The translations under genes were made by a program, and so were the position numbers. A DNA stretch of 64,000 nucleotides from Hydrolagus colliei (Eukaryota), in assembly GCA_035084275.1 (NCBI GenBank), contig CM068750.1, positions 5,766,001 through 5,830,000 of the forward strand, written 5' to 3'. Below, piece after piece: positions 41,171 through 54,791 of the stretch. How positions within the stretch are numbered: the stretch's first letter is position 1; each line of letters opens with the position of its first letter. Under the pieces are notes generated by a model. The model made no database searches. It saw nothing but the letters and a program-made list of their open reading frames with translations, and was not told where the DNA came from.

Positions 41171-42832
41171 CTTGAAGAAAGCAAACAGAATTAGTTGCCT
41201 TTTTTCAAGAAATTCCACATTCCTTTAATATATCACAACAGTTACACTTATTCCACATTTGTTCAGTATTTTATCTAACTGGAAGAAATAGTTTCTCTTC
41301 TAAATATATGCACTTGTCAGCTAGATATATACACACACACATATGTGAAATTATTGATTCATACATGGTATCAATATTCTTTTTTTAAAAAATCAATTAT
41401 ATTGATTTGGCATATTTAAAATATAAATATACTAGATATTTTGAATCTAGATAGAAGGCAGTAATAAATCTGTACACCCCATTCAGCGACTGCAGTTATG
41501 AATAATTTTAGTATTAAAACAGATTCCAATGGTGTTTGCTTGATACAATCACTGCTCAAGTTGTTTTGTGCACCATGCTTCCACTATCAGCAGCCAGGCC
41601 ATCATTAAGTAAAAGTACTGATTTACACTAACAACAATTTGCATTTATATAGCATCTCGGTGGTCTTAAAAGCTAAGCAAAATTACCCCACAATAGCATG
41701 AATTATTATTTCAAAGAAGATTTTAAAGTAACAAATAGCAACTGAAGCTGTTTTTAGAATTATTTATTGCCTCAACTTTATAATCTATGACCTCTAACCC
41801 ACTTTAAATTGTCCCTCTCCCAGACTGTCACGCCATTTCCTATGAGCAATATTCTCAAACTCCTGTGCTGATCAATGTCATTCTCTCTGCTTGTTCCCTT
41901 CTGGTCCATCACTATTTCTCCTAAGGCTCTATTTCTGCTGTCAATTTTACTCTCTCGGTTTCCTACTTGCCTTTATACTTTCACCAGTTTTTCGCTTGCA
42001 ATTCCTTGTCTTCTTTTTTGTAATATGGTGTATTTTCACCATATTACATTTCCCTTTGAATAGGGCCATTTAATCTGACTCTCTCTTCCACTGCATCTTG
42101 TGTCACTGCTCACTATTGTTTCTGTTACATGCAGAGTAACAATCCACTCACTCACCAGGGTCCCCAGTACTGTACTCCAGGTTGCTACTTCTTACTGTGT
42201 TGTACCACAGCTAGATTGTGCTTAAAATGCAGCTTGCTGATCTCTGGATTGAGGATTCTAGTTTTTTTGAAAATATATAATATTTTCTAAGTAAACAGTA
42301 TAGGTTTACTGTTGCGGCACAATACAAATCAATAGATTTGAGGAGTGGTTTGTCCCTGTGGCTTCGCACATGGTCAATTCCCTATAGCAAGAGATAAATA
42401 CTGTATTTGGCGAGCAAGACACATTAATGTTCCTTTTATCTCATAGCAGCCATTCATGAAGTAGTGTTGACAGAGGCTGGTGATGGCACATCGCTTATCC
42501 ATTATGCCATTCGGTGGTTAACTGAAAAATCACTAGTTCAGCAGCAATCAATGCTTATTTTAGTGGTATGGAATTATCATTATTGCAATAACACCTCTAG
42601 ATCTGGCACCTGAGAAGCTTTATTATTGGTGTAATAGTTTCTCCCAAAGCTAAGAAACGCTTGAAAAACTTTTTTTTAAACTAAAAGAATTTCCAGCCCA
42701 AGAAAGCCCAGAACGTGAAAATGACCTAGATCTTCCCATTCACTGTGCAAACAGACCACTTACATACATACCAGGCTGAATTTATTTATACTTCCTGACC
42801 ACAAGAACAGTAAAAACACATCAGATATTCAC

Positions 42833-43637
42833 TTGCTCAGAGAGTTTAACATTCTTTCGTTTAGCTGCAGTGGTTCTAGATTCAGAAAGGAGTGAGAAGT
42901 AGAACTGGAAAAGAATCTAAAACCGGCCACATTATCCAGGGAAAATGAACCAGTTGAACAGCTTTCCTCAGGAATTCTGTCAATATCATCAGGATTGTGA
43001 AAATTCTGCTGTCCTTCAGTTACATGGACATCGAATCTTGCGTTTACACTACCAGCATTTTCAGCTGAAGCAAAACAGACTGTAAAACTTAGCAACTCGA
43101 TCATTTTTAAAACATCTTTCTTAAACAGTTCTCAGTCGTGAAAGAAATGGCAGTGTGTGCTATTTTTCTGTCCTTAAGGTACTCTCCCAGTGATATTTAT
43201 AGATACTACAAGGCAATAATAAGAAGCTGTAAATTAGTTCAGGTTCTGTGAAAAGACATGAAACTATTAAATTGTCAGCTTCTTTGTTTAGCCTGTTCCT
43301 CCAGTGCCCAAACGGATTTATGGATTTATGCAATAATATTTTTTGTAATAACTTTACAAGCCTGCTATGGTTCAATCACAGACACTGTATGTGAAACATT
43401 ACGATATGTTACAGTCTACTGTACAGGATTACAGTCCTGTCTAAATTATGCCATGTAAAGTATTTGTCGTGGGGTGGGGTTGGGGGTGGGGTGGGTGGAG
43501 GAATAGGTATCACAGCTAAAATAGTACCTTTTAAAGTCATTTTTGACAGCAATTCCACAGCTATTGTATTGACTTGACCTATGCCTTGTTGATGGTCATC
43601 TAACTCAGTTTTTAGGAAATCCACTTTTTCTCTTCCC
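42833..43637 (-). pseudogene. Two candidate tail exons (43528-43637 and 42833-43064)
   Basis: Phase-compatible GT-AG open segments (GREKVDFLKTELDD...; ENAGSVNARFDV...). Confidence 0.45.
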
Positions 43638-43904
43638 CTGAAATGACATCCATTTGCATTTTCCATAAGAATTTGACAGCCACATTTCAACTACGATATT
43701 GAGTAAGGGATGTCTGGAATGAAACAGGAGAGGAGGGTTGATGATAAGTACTGCTGAAAACTCACAAAGTTCTTTCAGTCACAGCTAAATCCATTGAAAG
43801 GCTTTGATTACTCTCAAGAGCCTCCACTTGTTCAGCGAAGGATAAAACCAACGGGACATTGATAGCTTCCCGATCAAAACTCACTCCTATAATGAGGGAA
43901 GAGA

Positions 43905-44010
43905 CAACAACAACAACAACTTCGATTTATATAGCGCCCTCCACGCCAGACGGCGTCTCAGAGCGCTTCACAGTAGCGGATCCCGGGACCAAGCCAGGGG
44001 CAGGGGCAGA
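43905..44010 (-). mobile_element. L2 extreme 3' tail fragment
   Basis: (CAA)n CTTCGATTTATATAGCGCC...TCAGAGCGCTTCACA, matching the 38935 copy. Confidence 0.8.
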
Positions 44011-44034
44011 GACAAATTCCACTTGTTAATGCAG

Positions 44035-44337
44035 ATAATAATAATAATCATCCTTGCATTTGAAATTCTGCTTTTCAAATCTTCTAGACATCTCAAAGCG
44101 CTTCACAGAATTTGCTGTGAAGTGAATTCACCGTACATTTTGGTGGGCAAAACATGGCAGCCAATTGCACACAATAGATTGCCACAAACAGTCATGGATT
44201 AAATTGCCAATTTTTTTCTGGATTATTATTAAGCATGTGGAGTAAGGAAACTTGTCCAAGGTTTCGCCCGGCTGGGAATTAAACCCAGCTCTCTCACTTG
44301 TAAGGTGAGTGCTCTAAACACTGAGCTAAAGGACTCC
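44035..44337 (-). mobile_element. Same SINE family, full length
   Basis: Colinear with other copies. Confidence 0.88.
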
Positions 44338-46206
44338 TGGACTGAGGCTACAGGACAGAGCTAATAGCAGAGGGAACAGTCAGAAGGATGTTTTAGGAAT
44401 GCAAAATAAACATCCGTTTGTGTTATGAGCAGAATGTGTTTCTATAGTCACCTAGAGACTATAAGATCACAGTGTTGAATCCACAGTAACTGAAGTCAAT
44501 AACTAATGAGAAAGGCATATACTGTAAAATCTAGCCCTAGTCACTGAAACTTTCACACATCACAATAAAACTGCTTAACATTTACAACCAAAGATTTTTT
44601 TTAATATGCTTTTCATATTTTATTGTGGTTTAATACAGCAGACTGAACACAGCAAACTTGCAATTTACTGTACTTGCAACTATAGAGTTTTAGAAATCAT
44701 GATGATACAGGACTCCATTTGATTTTATATAAACTCTTATTAAGGGTATAATAAATTGGGTTTATAGGCTTTAAGGCATTTTTGGGAAGGACAGGATTCA
44801 GCAAAGCATTGACTGCCAATCTGAATCAAATTAATGGCCAAAGGCAGAAAGGACTGGGACAGGGACAGAAACACAGGATTGGTTAGGGACTAGGCACCAG
44901 GATTATGGGTATGAAATCAGGAACAGAGATAATGAAAATAGATCAGGACAGACAGTCAATTAAACTTGTTTTTGTTTCTATAGCTGGGAGGCTCTGTATT
45001 TTTAGAAGACCCATGAGGCCTGAAATTCCACTCGGTTTTAGGCTTGAAAATAATTTTACCTTAAAAAAGTTAGAATCGTGCCGAATTGTGAATAACTATT
45101 AAATTCTGGAATCCTGTTCATTTTTGGGGTGAAAAAAACAGATTCCAAATTGAAACCAAATATGATAACGTATTACCATTCACAACAAGCAAAGCCTTGG
45201 TAGAATATTCACCTTTCCAAATGTGTGACCAATGTATTAACCCTGAAGATCCCACATCAGATTTTGTCTCCTCTTTTATAAGTGCAATATCCATACTAAT
45301 CCAAAACTGGCTTCTCTCCGAATGCTTGAGATCAGATTGCAGTAAGTCTGGCTCAGTATCCTTACCTACTGGTATATTAGATTTATAAGCCGAAAAAGAA
45401 GCCATTTGGTCCATCACGTATGTACCCTTTACAAGAGTAATCCATTCAGTCCCATTTCGTGACTTTTCCCCATACCCCTACAATTTACTGCGGGTTAAAT
45501 ATCTGTCTGGTTCCCTATTGAAAGCTAAGATAGATTTTGTTTCTTTTGCTAATTATCTTGAAATAGGAGTTGGACTCTTTTAAACTCCTGATTACTGAAG
45601 ATTTCTCGATATGAGATATTCCTTATGATTAATTATTCCATGACTTTTACCTAAGGGCTACATGATCTTACAAACTTACATATTTTTATTTCTTTTGTAG
45701 TACTGACTACCTGATCTATTACTATAATCTTCTATGAACTAAAACCATTTCATAATTTAACAGAAAGAAAGATTCACAATGAAATGAAATCCTTTTTCCC
45801 CATTGCTCATATGTAATCACCCAAAGTAGGAGAAAGTATATATTTTGGAAAAAATGTGGTTATTACTAAACAGGAACATGTGTCAGGGCCAGACAAATTA
45901 TTTAATATTATGTGTAAATGCATTTACCTTTCAGAAATATTCAATCAACTTGACTGATCAGAGCAGCAAACACGTCTTATGTAAAATTATGTCCTCACTA
46001 CACAACACTCTTCAATTTATAATCTTAAATTATTTTATTCCATGTTTAACAAACAAATCTAATTTAATTGTTTGGCTCTACCATCAGACAAGTTTTATAA
46101 TGGACACTGCTGAGAGCCATCTCCAGGTGTCATGTGCAGCAAGGGAACCAGGGAATAGAAGAAAAAGTTTCAACTGCAACGAAAGGGGTAAAAAAAATCT
46201 GTTTAC

Positions 46207-46697
46207 CTTTCAGGGTGTATTGGGTGGGTTTAGTGTCAATGCATTTGTGATCTGAAGGTTGCTCATATATGGGGTTTGTTCTTGTTCGCTCTGGAACGTC
46301 CTGTGGCTGTTGTGCTTGTGCAGTGATGAAATTGTGTTTTCCACCATGATTGTCTGTTCCTTCCAGATCCTCATGTACCTTTTGTAGGGTTTCATCCAGA
46401 AACGAATGTTCCATCTCACACGAAAATCCATCTCTTAAAAGTGGTTGATATGAGACTTCTTGTGAATTCATCTTGATCTGCGCATGGTCAAACTTCAGAT
46501 GCAAATTCGTTTAAGGTATATGAATCGCTATCAAGCACCTGGCCTGAGCTGTATGATGAGATTTGTTTGTCCAGCTGGCCAGAATGAAGTAAGGAATATT
46601 GTGTGTCATCAGAGAAGACTGCAGTCTTTAACTGTAACTCATCTATATCAGGAGTGGAATCAGGCACCCTTAGATCAGACCCATCACCAGACCTATG
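46207..46697 (-). pseudogene. Large candidate exon of the disordered tail, with a frameshift
   Basis: 69 open codons from the acceptor end in TGA at 46488-46490; an overlapping second frame runs about 98 codons to the donor GTAAAC. Confidence 0.5.
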
Positions 46698-47167
46698 CTG
46701 TTAATAAATACAATTACATCTCCGCATCACAATCCCCCTAATAACTTCTAAACTACAAATTGATCATCTCAGAAGCAAAATTAAAATCTACAGTCTGATG
46801 TTTTCAAAAATAGTCTTATTGTCATAATATGTTTTTGGTAAATTTTGCATCAACCAGACAAATGTGAAGAATGCAAGCAAACTATACTGTTCCTTACTGC
46901 CAGTATATTTTAAATAGAAAGTTCATAGGTTTATTTACAATACAAGCAATTATATTTCTGATTTTGCTTCTGAGATGATCAGTATTAATGATTCAGTCTG
47001 TATCTCTGGGGACAGCTGTATTGTGCAGTTTCATGTAGTATAATTCTTCAGAACTGATCAGGCTACTGGCAGTACTATCTAAATGACAGACAGCTGAAGT
47101 TAGGTGCTGCTTGTACAACAAATGTCCCCATCCCCCCAGCAAAGAGATGATCAAGTGAACAGTTTAC

Positions 47168-47231
47168 CTCAACAACTTGCGGTATTTTGAAGATAAATTC
47201 TTCCAGGTCACTTTCTCCTGAACTAAAGCCA
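47168..47231 (-). pseudogene. Candidate exon (GFSSGESDLEEFIFKIPQVVE)
   Basis: Phase matches both neighbours; CAG/GTAAAC. Confidence 0.45.
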
Positions 47232-47419
47232 CTGCGTCAGGACAGTAGGTGTTGGACTTGGTGTAAATCTAGCTGAGGTGTGTTCCGACTCCCTGTATTG
47301 CAAGTCTTCAATCACTGCTTGATTTAAACTCATCAGCCACGCATGTGTACTGTTCTGCCTAGGAAACCTGAGTCATCAGAAACAGTTGAATAATAATCCT
47401 TGCATTTGATATAGAGCCG

Positions 47420-47710
47420 TTTAACAACAATTTGCATTTTTATAGCACGTAGTATCTTGGAGCATATTTACAATGGAATTTCACAGAATTCAGGGTAATG
47501 AATGTGTATTTCGGAGTTGAATGCAGCAGCCAATTTGCACACAGCCATGAAGTGAATGAACGATTTTCTCGGGGAGATTGTTGACAAGGACATAAGAAAC
47601 TCCCTTCTCCTTATGAACCGTGCCACCGGATCATTAAAGTCCCTCTGAACTGACAGCAATAATATATCCACATCATGCTGTCTCCACACAAAAGTTCCAC
47701 AACACAGTTC
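47420..47710 (-). mobile_element. Old Deu-domain-like SINE relic
   Basis: AACTCCCTTCTCCTT...GTGCCACCGGATCATTAAAGTCC resembles the recalled DeuSINE central domain. Confidence 0.45.
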
Positions 47711-48003
47711 AGCAATGTTTTGCTGGACAAGAACAATCGTAAGCCACTGGAATATTTGAAAGGGCAGGCTTCAATTATTTTTCAAGAGAAATACTCTTTC
47801 ATATATCTCTTAACCTTTGTCCATATTAAGGGTGATCAGTTACATAGAAAGAATCACAGTTGCCTGTTGTCTTGCTAAAGTCGTGGTTTTAGATTTTTTC
47901 CCGAAGAAGCTAAAAACACTACTGACCACAGATTGTCAAATACAAATTGTTAGTTACCATGTATGCGTTTATTTAACTGCAATAGAACATAATGAGTAAT
48001 TAC

Positions 48004-48115
48004 CTTGTAACTGATTCTGATTGCTGCATGTGAGCCACTGTTTCTCTCAGCAAACCAATAAAGATGCCTTGTGATATGGGATGACAGGTCTGGACAGATA
48101 ATGGTCTCTGTTCAC
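48004..48115 (-). pseudogene. AHCTF1: ELYS-like exon (EQRPLSVQTCHPISQGIFIGLLRETVAHM...)
   Basis: 112 nt; CAG/GTAATT; resembles RPKPLSA...RSVFINNVLSKIGEVW. Confidence 0.62.
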
Positions 48116-51100
48116 CTGCTAATTAAAACAAACGTTGAGCTTCTATTACAACAAGCCTCTGGATCTTGGCTATAAATTATACGTATTTTACTTATCAATA
48201 AATATACTTTGAGGCCATGACGCTAACATTAAAAAAGGATACAAAACAATATTGTGGAAACCAGCGAGATAAATTTCGAGGACCTTGGTTGACAAAGTAC
48301 TTGCACATGTACATGACTGAACCATTTAACGTGTCAATTACCAGGATTATTTCTGAGCACCCTTTGAATAGATGAAGCATTTCTATAAACTGGAAATATG
48401 TCATGTCATGTGGACCATAGATAATTCAGCAGTTGAATTAATACAAACTAATTCTGTACATCAATAAAGAATGAAAATAGGTTTTGTGTAACCACTCATT
48501 CTTTCGAACACAAATCAATAATCAACACTCAGGTGCAACGAGAAAAACAGTGAGACTTACTTGAACAATCATGGAACAATTTGGATCCATTTGATCCTTA
48601 AGATCTAATTTGAAAGCCAGTTTTGGAACATGGCAGAAATTCTACTTTGAAAAAAACAACAACGATTGATCCATTTTCGGGTATAGTTGAAGTCGAATTT
48701 TTCTCCCTCTTGTTATATGAATGGGAACAAATTCTATCCTCTATGTGGTTATCAAAGGACAATCAGAGCAACGGAAGCCATTACCCATTTCACACTGTGA
48801 AACCTGTCATTTGACACCGTAATGAGCACCAGCAGACATTCATTTTAAATTTACTGTTTTTCTTAAGGAAATTAATTTTCAAAATTTGCAGTAAAGCAAT
48901 GTAACCTACAATTGTCCTCAGCAATAAATGGCTCTCCTGCTTTGATTAAATATCTCAGAGTGGGTATTCCATCAACATTGGAAGCCGTTTATTGAATCCC
49001 GCACACCTGATAAGTCTGAGTCATCATTTAATCACACCTTACGGCCGGTTTCTGGTCTTTATTGCATTTAACCCTTTCCGACACCACGGAGCTCCGATGG
49101 AAAGCCAAAGCAACCTTGAAACAATTTGAGTAGCAAAATCGCTTTTACGTTTCCCACTCCCCCACCGCAATACTATTTTCATAACAAATCAATTGATAGC
49201 AGAAATGCTGCGCTGCTCGCAAATTTTTGACCAGCACTTAAAATTTATGAGTAACCCAACATTTATAGCATAATTTGATTCAGCACGAAAATGGTGTTAA
49301 AACAGTTTGCGGTTTCCACCGAGTGAAATTGATTCTGGTCTCGGGTCGTCTGTCTAATCCATTCTTCAGAAGATGCTTTCGAAGGGGAAAGTAACTTGCA
49401 ATCCGCTGCAGTATTAATAAAAATTCGATCCATAATTTACTGCCAGTACATTAATAATAAACAGAAGTTACACACTATTTACTATACAAGAATATATACA
49501 GTAAATTCACAGTATGTTCTGCGAAGTATTTTGTTAAGGCTCTACTCACTACTTTCCTCCCACAAGTGTTTTCCGAAAGGCCAGAAGTATTCTAACATTT
49601 TAAATTAACCATAACTTTTTTTTTTAATCTTTTTTTCCCCTAAATTATTTCACATACATTCTATGCATGAATGAATTGCAGGCCCCAATGTTTCCACTGC
49701 ACATAAGCTGGTGTGCCCATGTCTGTGGATCCAGCAAAATAATTTCACATAATTTGGTGCGAGCAAAAAGAATGTCCCCACTCACAAATCGATCTTGAGG
49801 TGGAAGATATATCGCATCGCTTCCAGCACCATAAATGGGGCATAAATCACTTTGATGCAAAACAGTTTTGCATCAAAGGTCAGTGTTTGTAAATTGGAGG
49901 ATAGAAGACAAAGAAGACTATAAGGAAATTCAAAAGCAGGAATGCAAGGCCAGCGAGAAATGATTAATTGTTATGGGTATAAATCTGAGTTAAAATTACT
50001 TTCAGAGAGCAGGAAATGGGACAATGAGTGGAAAGCAGTAGGCAGGAAGTTACTTTGAAAAAGTAGATGATGAAGGTTGAATCTTGCACCTATGATAATT
50101 TCTAATGTTAGAAGCAATTCACACGCCCTTTTATTAACATGCAGCTTTAGGTTGAGAATTATTAATTTTATACTTTTTTTTAATGCTCATTTAAATTGCA
50201 GCATTATGAGTGATAGAATGTGATATTTGTAAAGGTAATGAACTGTACAGATTTTGTATGTGTGTAATTCAATATAGATTTACAATATTATTTTGTATCA
50301 CAAGATTTGCTTATGAGGCAATAATGCACACTTCAATTGCACCTGAAGGGAATACTGAAGCACTTCTCATCTCATTTGAGGTGGTGTGTTAGAGGTGACC
50401 TTGTTTCCCATTTGAAAGGATTTGAATTTTAATCTTAGAACTTTTCTAAATGTTTAGACTAGGCTGAAATAGGAATACCATTCTTCACCTTATACTCGGT
50501 GCTGGTTCAGAACATAGTCATATACACATCACATTTATTTGTGCTCAGCTAGTTTCAAATCCAATACTGTACCAATAGCATAAATTCTTAATACAGTCAT
50601 ATCTTATGTTGCATTCTAATGTAGTTTGATACATAATTCATTTATCTTCGGATTTCCAAAGGTAACCAAAGGGTCAATGCTTGTTACCTAACCATTATGG
50701 TTAGTTATTCAATTCATCCTTTCCATTTGTTGCATACTTGTTGCATTTTTCCCAGTCATTGTCTGAAACAGGATCAGAGACTGCACTCTAACACAGGCAC
50801 TCGACAAGTTTCTGAAACTGTGGGGGAAAAAACAGCCTAGGTACAGAGTGGTTTGCAAGAAGCCACTTGTATTTGTATGGAAAGTGCAGAAATATTCAGC
50901 TAATCATGCACAGGTTACAGGAACTAAATAGGTCATTCTGATAACTTTCAACTCAACACTGAAACACTTAAAACATACTTGCATGGGATGTTACGAGATG
51001 GTCTTTGCATGTGAATTTGTTCAGAGTTGGTCAGTGGTGGGATGGAAGGCACGCCTTTCCAAATGTTTTCAGTTGGATGGATTTTTCTTACACATGTTAG

Positions 51101-52277
51101 GCTTGACCCTTTGCTCTGCATAAATTGCAAATATATTCTTGTAAGCGATGTGCGATACATTTATTAGAAAATATATATTTTAAAAAACAATGTATAACAA
51201 AAAGCAGAGCCTCTTGAGGCTGCAAATGCCCAGCTCTTTATTGGGCCCTCAGTAAGCTGAATATAGTAAACTGAATGTTATGTAATAAGTTGCTTCTAAG
51301 TTTGACTTTCAGACACAGAGTATTCTCAACAACATCACAAGAAAATTCCTCAACAAAAGAAGCAAGTTCCCCAAATAATTAGAAGGCACCAATTTGTTCA
51401 GAATTTTATATCCAGGAAAGGAAATTTTATTTACTGCGCTATTTTTTTATGCCCACTTTTTTGTTTGTGTCTCTCCATTGGGTATTCCCATCTGGAAATG
51501 CGTGGCAAGTAAGAGCACAGCTTTCTTCACAAAACTGTTGTTTCGTGGAGATAGGCTGCTGGTGAAGACCGATGAGGTGACTGTGGCCATTGATCACGCT
51601 GTGTGGCAGAGTTCAGGCTCCCAGCACTCTGTCTAAGCAGTCTGCCTCAAAAATTGATAGAAGCACTTTTAGTAATGGTGCGGCAGGCTGTAGAGCGATA
51701 CTTGTCGTTGTGAGCACATGTGAAGGAACTGCTATCTACTGTGTTATCAGTGATGTCTTCCTCTAACAGGGAGATGAGAAATACGGAGATCAGTAGCTTT
51801 CAACCCACGTTCCCACCCAATTCCAATTCTACAACAACTTGGATTTAGATTATGAAATTCAACTATTTGTAATGATTTTATAACTCTAATGTACTGCCGT
51901 ATTCTAACATATTTTGTGATGCAAGAAGCTGACACTGAATACAGTAATATATAATGACAGCAATAATAATCCAAGCATCTCATCACTTTGTCGAGCCTTC
52001 TCAAAGCGTCTCACAGGAGTGACTTTATCTGCATTTTATAATGACTTTTCAATCACAGAACACTTCAACATTAGATTTTTCTTCCCCGCTCTACAAATAA
52101 ATTTGGATGTGCATCAAAAAAAAAACGATGGGTTACACTGGCTGGATTTTAAAAGAATAAACCAATTTGAATAAAATATTTTAATACTTTAAAAGAATAA
52201 AATAATTTGAATGCATTTCCGACAACTTTCAAAAAAATGAGTAAACAGAGTTAATTAAAGAATATTCCAATAAATAC

Positions 52278-52421
52278 CAGTTTTTTTGCCCTGAAGGGCG
52301 AAATCAGCAGCTCCTTCAATAAACCCAGCTCCAAATAGCTTTCAAAAAAATCTCCAACCATTTCATCAATACAGTCTTCACACACTTGTCCCCTGAGCCA
52401 TGCCATGCCTCTGTAATGCAC
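52278..52421 (-). pseudogene. AHCTF1: ELYS-domain exon with 1-nt deletion (CITEAW/WLRGQVCEDCIDEMVGDFFESYLELGLLKELLISPF)
   Basis: 144 nt where a phase 2 to 0 exon needs 3n+1; resembles CMVEAWNFLRQ...EMGLMEDLLKLPF. Confidence 0.8.
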
Positions 52422-53078
52422 CTGAAGCAATTTAATAAACTTCAGTCAGTGTCGACATTGAATTTAAATTTTGTGTGATGAAGCTGTGAATTCACAGTAC
52501 AGTACGTTCTACCAGGGCAATGTTTTTCTTATTGCGCTGTTAATCAGCTTCTGTCAAAAGAATCTTGCCTAATTATTGAGACACAAACTGTATAATTGTT
52601 CTGTGTGTTGGTTGCCGGTGACATTGTGGCGTGGTCTCGCTTCTAATGTGGGAGTGAAAAATTCACTGTCCTATTCCTTTGGTGCTCATCGTAAACATGA
52701 ACTGTCAGTGAAGTCAAAGGTTAAATAAGAAAGTTATTGAACTGTCTGATTGGATTTTCTGATTGGAGTTAACAAGAGCACGTTTTGTTTTTTCCCATCC
52801 GAATTAAAACAAATCTATATTTGTTTCAACAGAAAAACCTTTCCAAACCTTATTTAATGTGTGCAATGCCTCTATCAATGGTTGCCTCAACCAATTGAAG
52901 AGGCTGGAGGTGCAAGTTATAGCAGCCTAAACTGTTACCAAGGATGGGGTAAAGAAACAAGCCATCCAACAGGACAGGTGACTTAAGAGTAATATGATCT
53001 TCCAAGATGCATTTTATTGCTTATACGCAGAAAAGATCATTTACTTTTATTCTGTGATTCATTTGCCATCTTGCCTAC

Positions 53079-53269
53079 CTGTTGTGAAGCAGCACAGCGA
53101 TATGTAACTTGCGCTCCTCCAGATTTGCTGGTCTCATAAACTGAATGTATAATGTATTTGAGTGCACCTTGAAACTCTTCAACAATGCTTTAGTAATGCA
53201 CGCTGGATGCCATGGAAGCCAGGACCTGACCAGTAGCAAGGACGGATGAAGTAGCACATCTAACACAGC
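53079..53269 (-). pseudogene. AHCTF1: ELYS-domain exon (AVLDVLLHP...YIQFMRP...LHIAVLLHN)
   Basis: 191 nt; CAG/GTAGGC; resembles GLDLLFHP...YIQTMKP...LHLTVLLFNR. Confidence 0.82.
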
Positions 53270-53559
53270 CTGCAATACAGTACGATTTTTTTTTCTACAC
53301 GCTTTTCAGTATGGCCACTTTTGTGGAGTCCTGCAGTTCAGCGGTTAGAGCACTTAACTTATAAGCGAGAGACCTGGGTTCAATTCCAGACAGGGTGAAA
53401 CCTTGAGGGCCACCCACAGGTACAGCATTTAGATATCACAAATATTTTACCTACAGTGTAGGTGATAGCATAAGGTAAAAGATCTATTAATCACTTGTCA
53501 GTGGCAATATTTACTTTCAGAGGTAAAATGATCGCAAGTTTTCTGAAATGCAAGCCTAC

Positions 53560-53680
53560 CTTCAAGCTGGGTGGTGGATAAACCCACCCACTAGCACTGT
53601 GTCCATCCCACAGAAAGTCCTGTTTCTTTGCTAGATGTTCCACCATTGCATCTATCATTAATCCAGCGTGGTTCCATTTC
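53560..53680 (-). pseudogene. AHCTF1: ELYS-domain exon (KWNHAGLMIDAMVEHL...GWVYPPPSLK)
   Basis: 121 nt; CAG/GTAGGC; LMID and YPP ELYS motifs. Confidence 0.82.
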
Positions 53681-54791
53681 CTGCCGTAATTATTACAAAA
53701 CATCAGACCTGATGAACAGGGATTCAAAAAGCAAGTCTCTATATGGTGAAGATCCTTATTAAAAGATTGCACGATGATTCTCAAACCATCCGCACGCTAG
53801 TTAGTGCTAATAAAGCAAACAAAAAACTTGTCCCAATTGCTTTCTGTGACACTCTGTATAATGTTGATCTATTGCCAACCATATCTTTGAAATTCTGCTG
53901 CATTCATACTGACCTGAAAAAAACATATTTTAACATTTAACAATGAATAAACAACATTGTTGAACTATTTTGCATTAATAATGCGCCCAATAACAGAATT
54001 TACAGCAGTTTTCAGGAAGAGGTCCAATATGGAAGCACCATCTTACTACTCGGGCGAGCTTTATATGTTGCTCAATGCTCTGACAATGAGTAGTTTATTG
54101 CACAATGTGCCTGTACCCAAGTACAGTATACAGTATGCTCCACTTCACCACTATTCATCTACAAGACGCCTTCAGAATTTCCTCATTTGTCTCAAAAAAT
54201 ACTTTCCAGTGAACAGTACAATATGCAAAATCTATTATTAATACTGTGACACAAAACTCAGTTACGTTAACGTATATTAATGTTCCCATTTCCTACATGT
54301 TGTAAAATGTTCCATCACCGTCACGGACCATCACAGTGCAAAAGTACAAAAGGGCAATAATTCTCTCAAATTGCTTCTTTGCATAAGTGTAACTTCTCTA
54401 TGACCCTTTTTGCAGCTTCCAGAACTGATACTGTGAAGTGACAAACTGGTCCATTGCAGTTATGTGATATGCCATTATTTTAACAACAAATTACAATTAC
54501 TTAGTGGCTTTCACGTCGGGAGGACGTCCCAAGGCACTGGGATTATTAATTTTAAGCACAGTTCACCTGATTCTTTTTTGAGCTGAGTACGATGTTCAAG
54601 AACCTTAATGACTGCAGCAACATTTCTCAATACTTTTTCCTGTTTTATTATGTATTGAAGGGTTTGTTGGTCTAGAAATATCCACAAGTCTGTCTAACAG
54701 CTAAAACCTGAAATGCATTGAAAAGCAACTCAAATGTTTCCTTCCTTTTCATGTCCAATTCACAAATCATTTATAATATTAAAAACAAGTA

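Noticed and set aside
43528-43637. Spectrin-repeat/nesprin or dystrophin-family identity for the upstream gene
   Set aside because: Only superficial helical similarity. No KASH or ZZ domain was found, and the ELYS motifs explain the exon order better.
45242-45365. Candidate tail exon (GKDTEPDLLQ...)
   Set aside because: Phase-compatible, but its acceptor also reads as a donor and abuts a CR1 relic; not supportable
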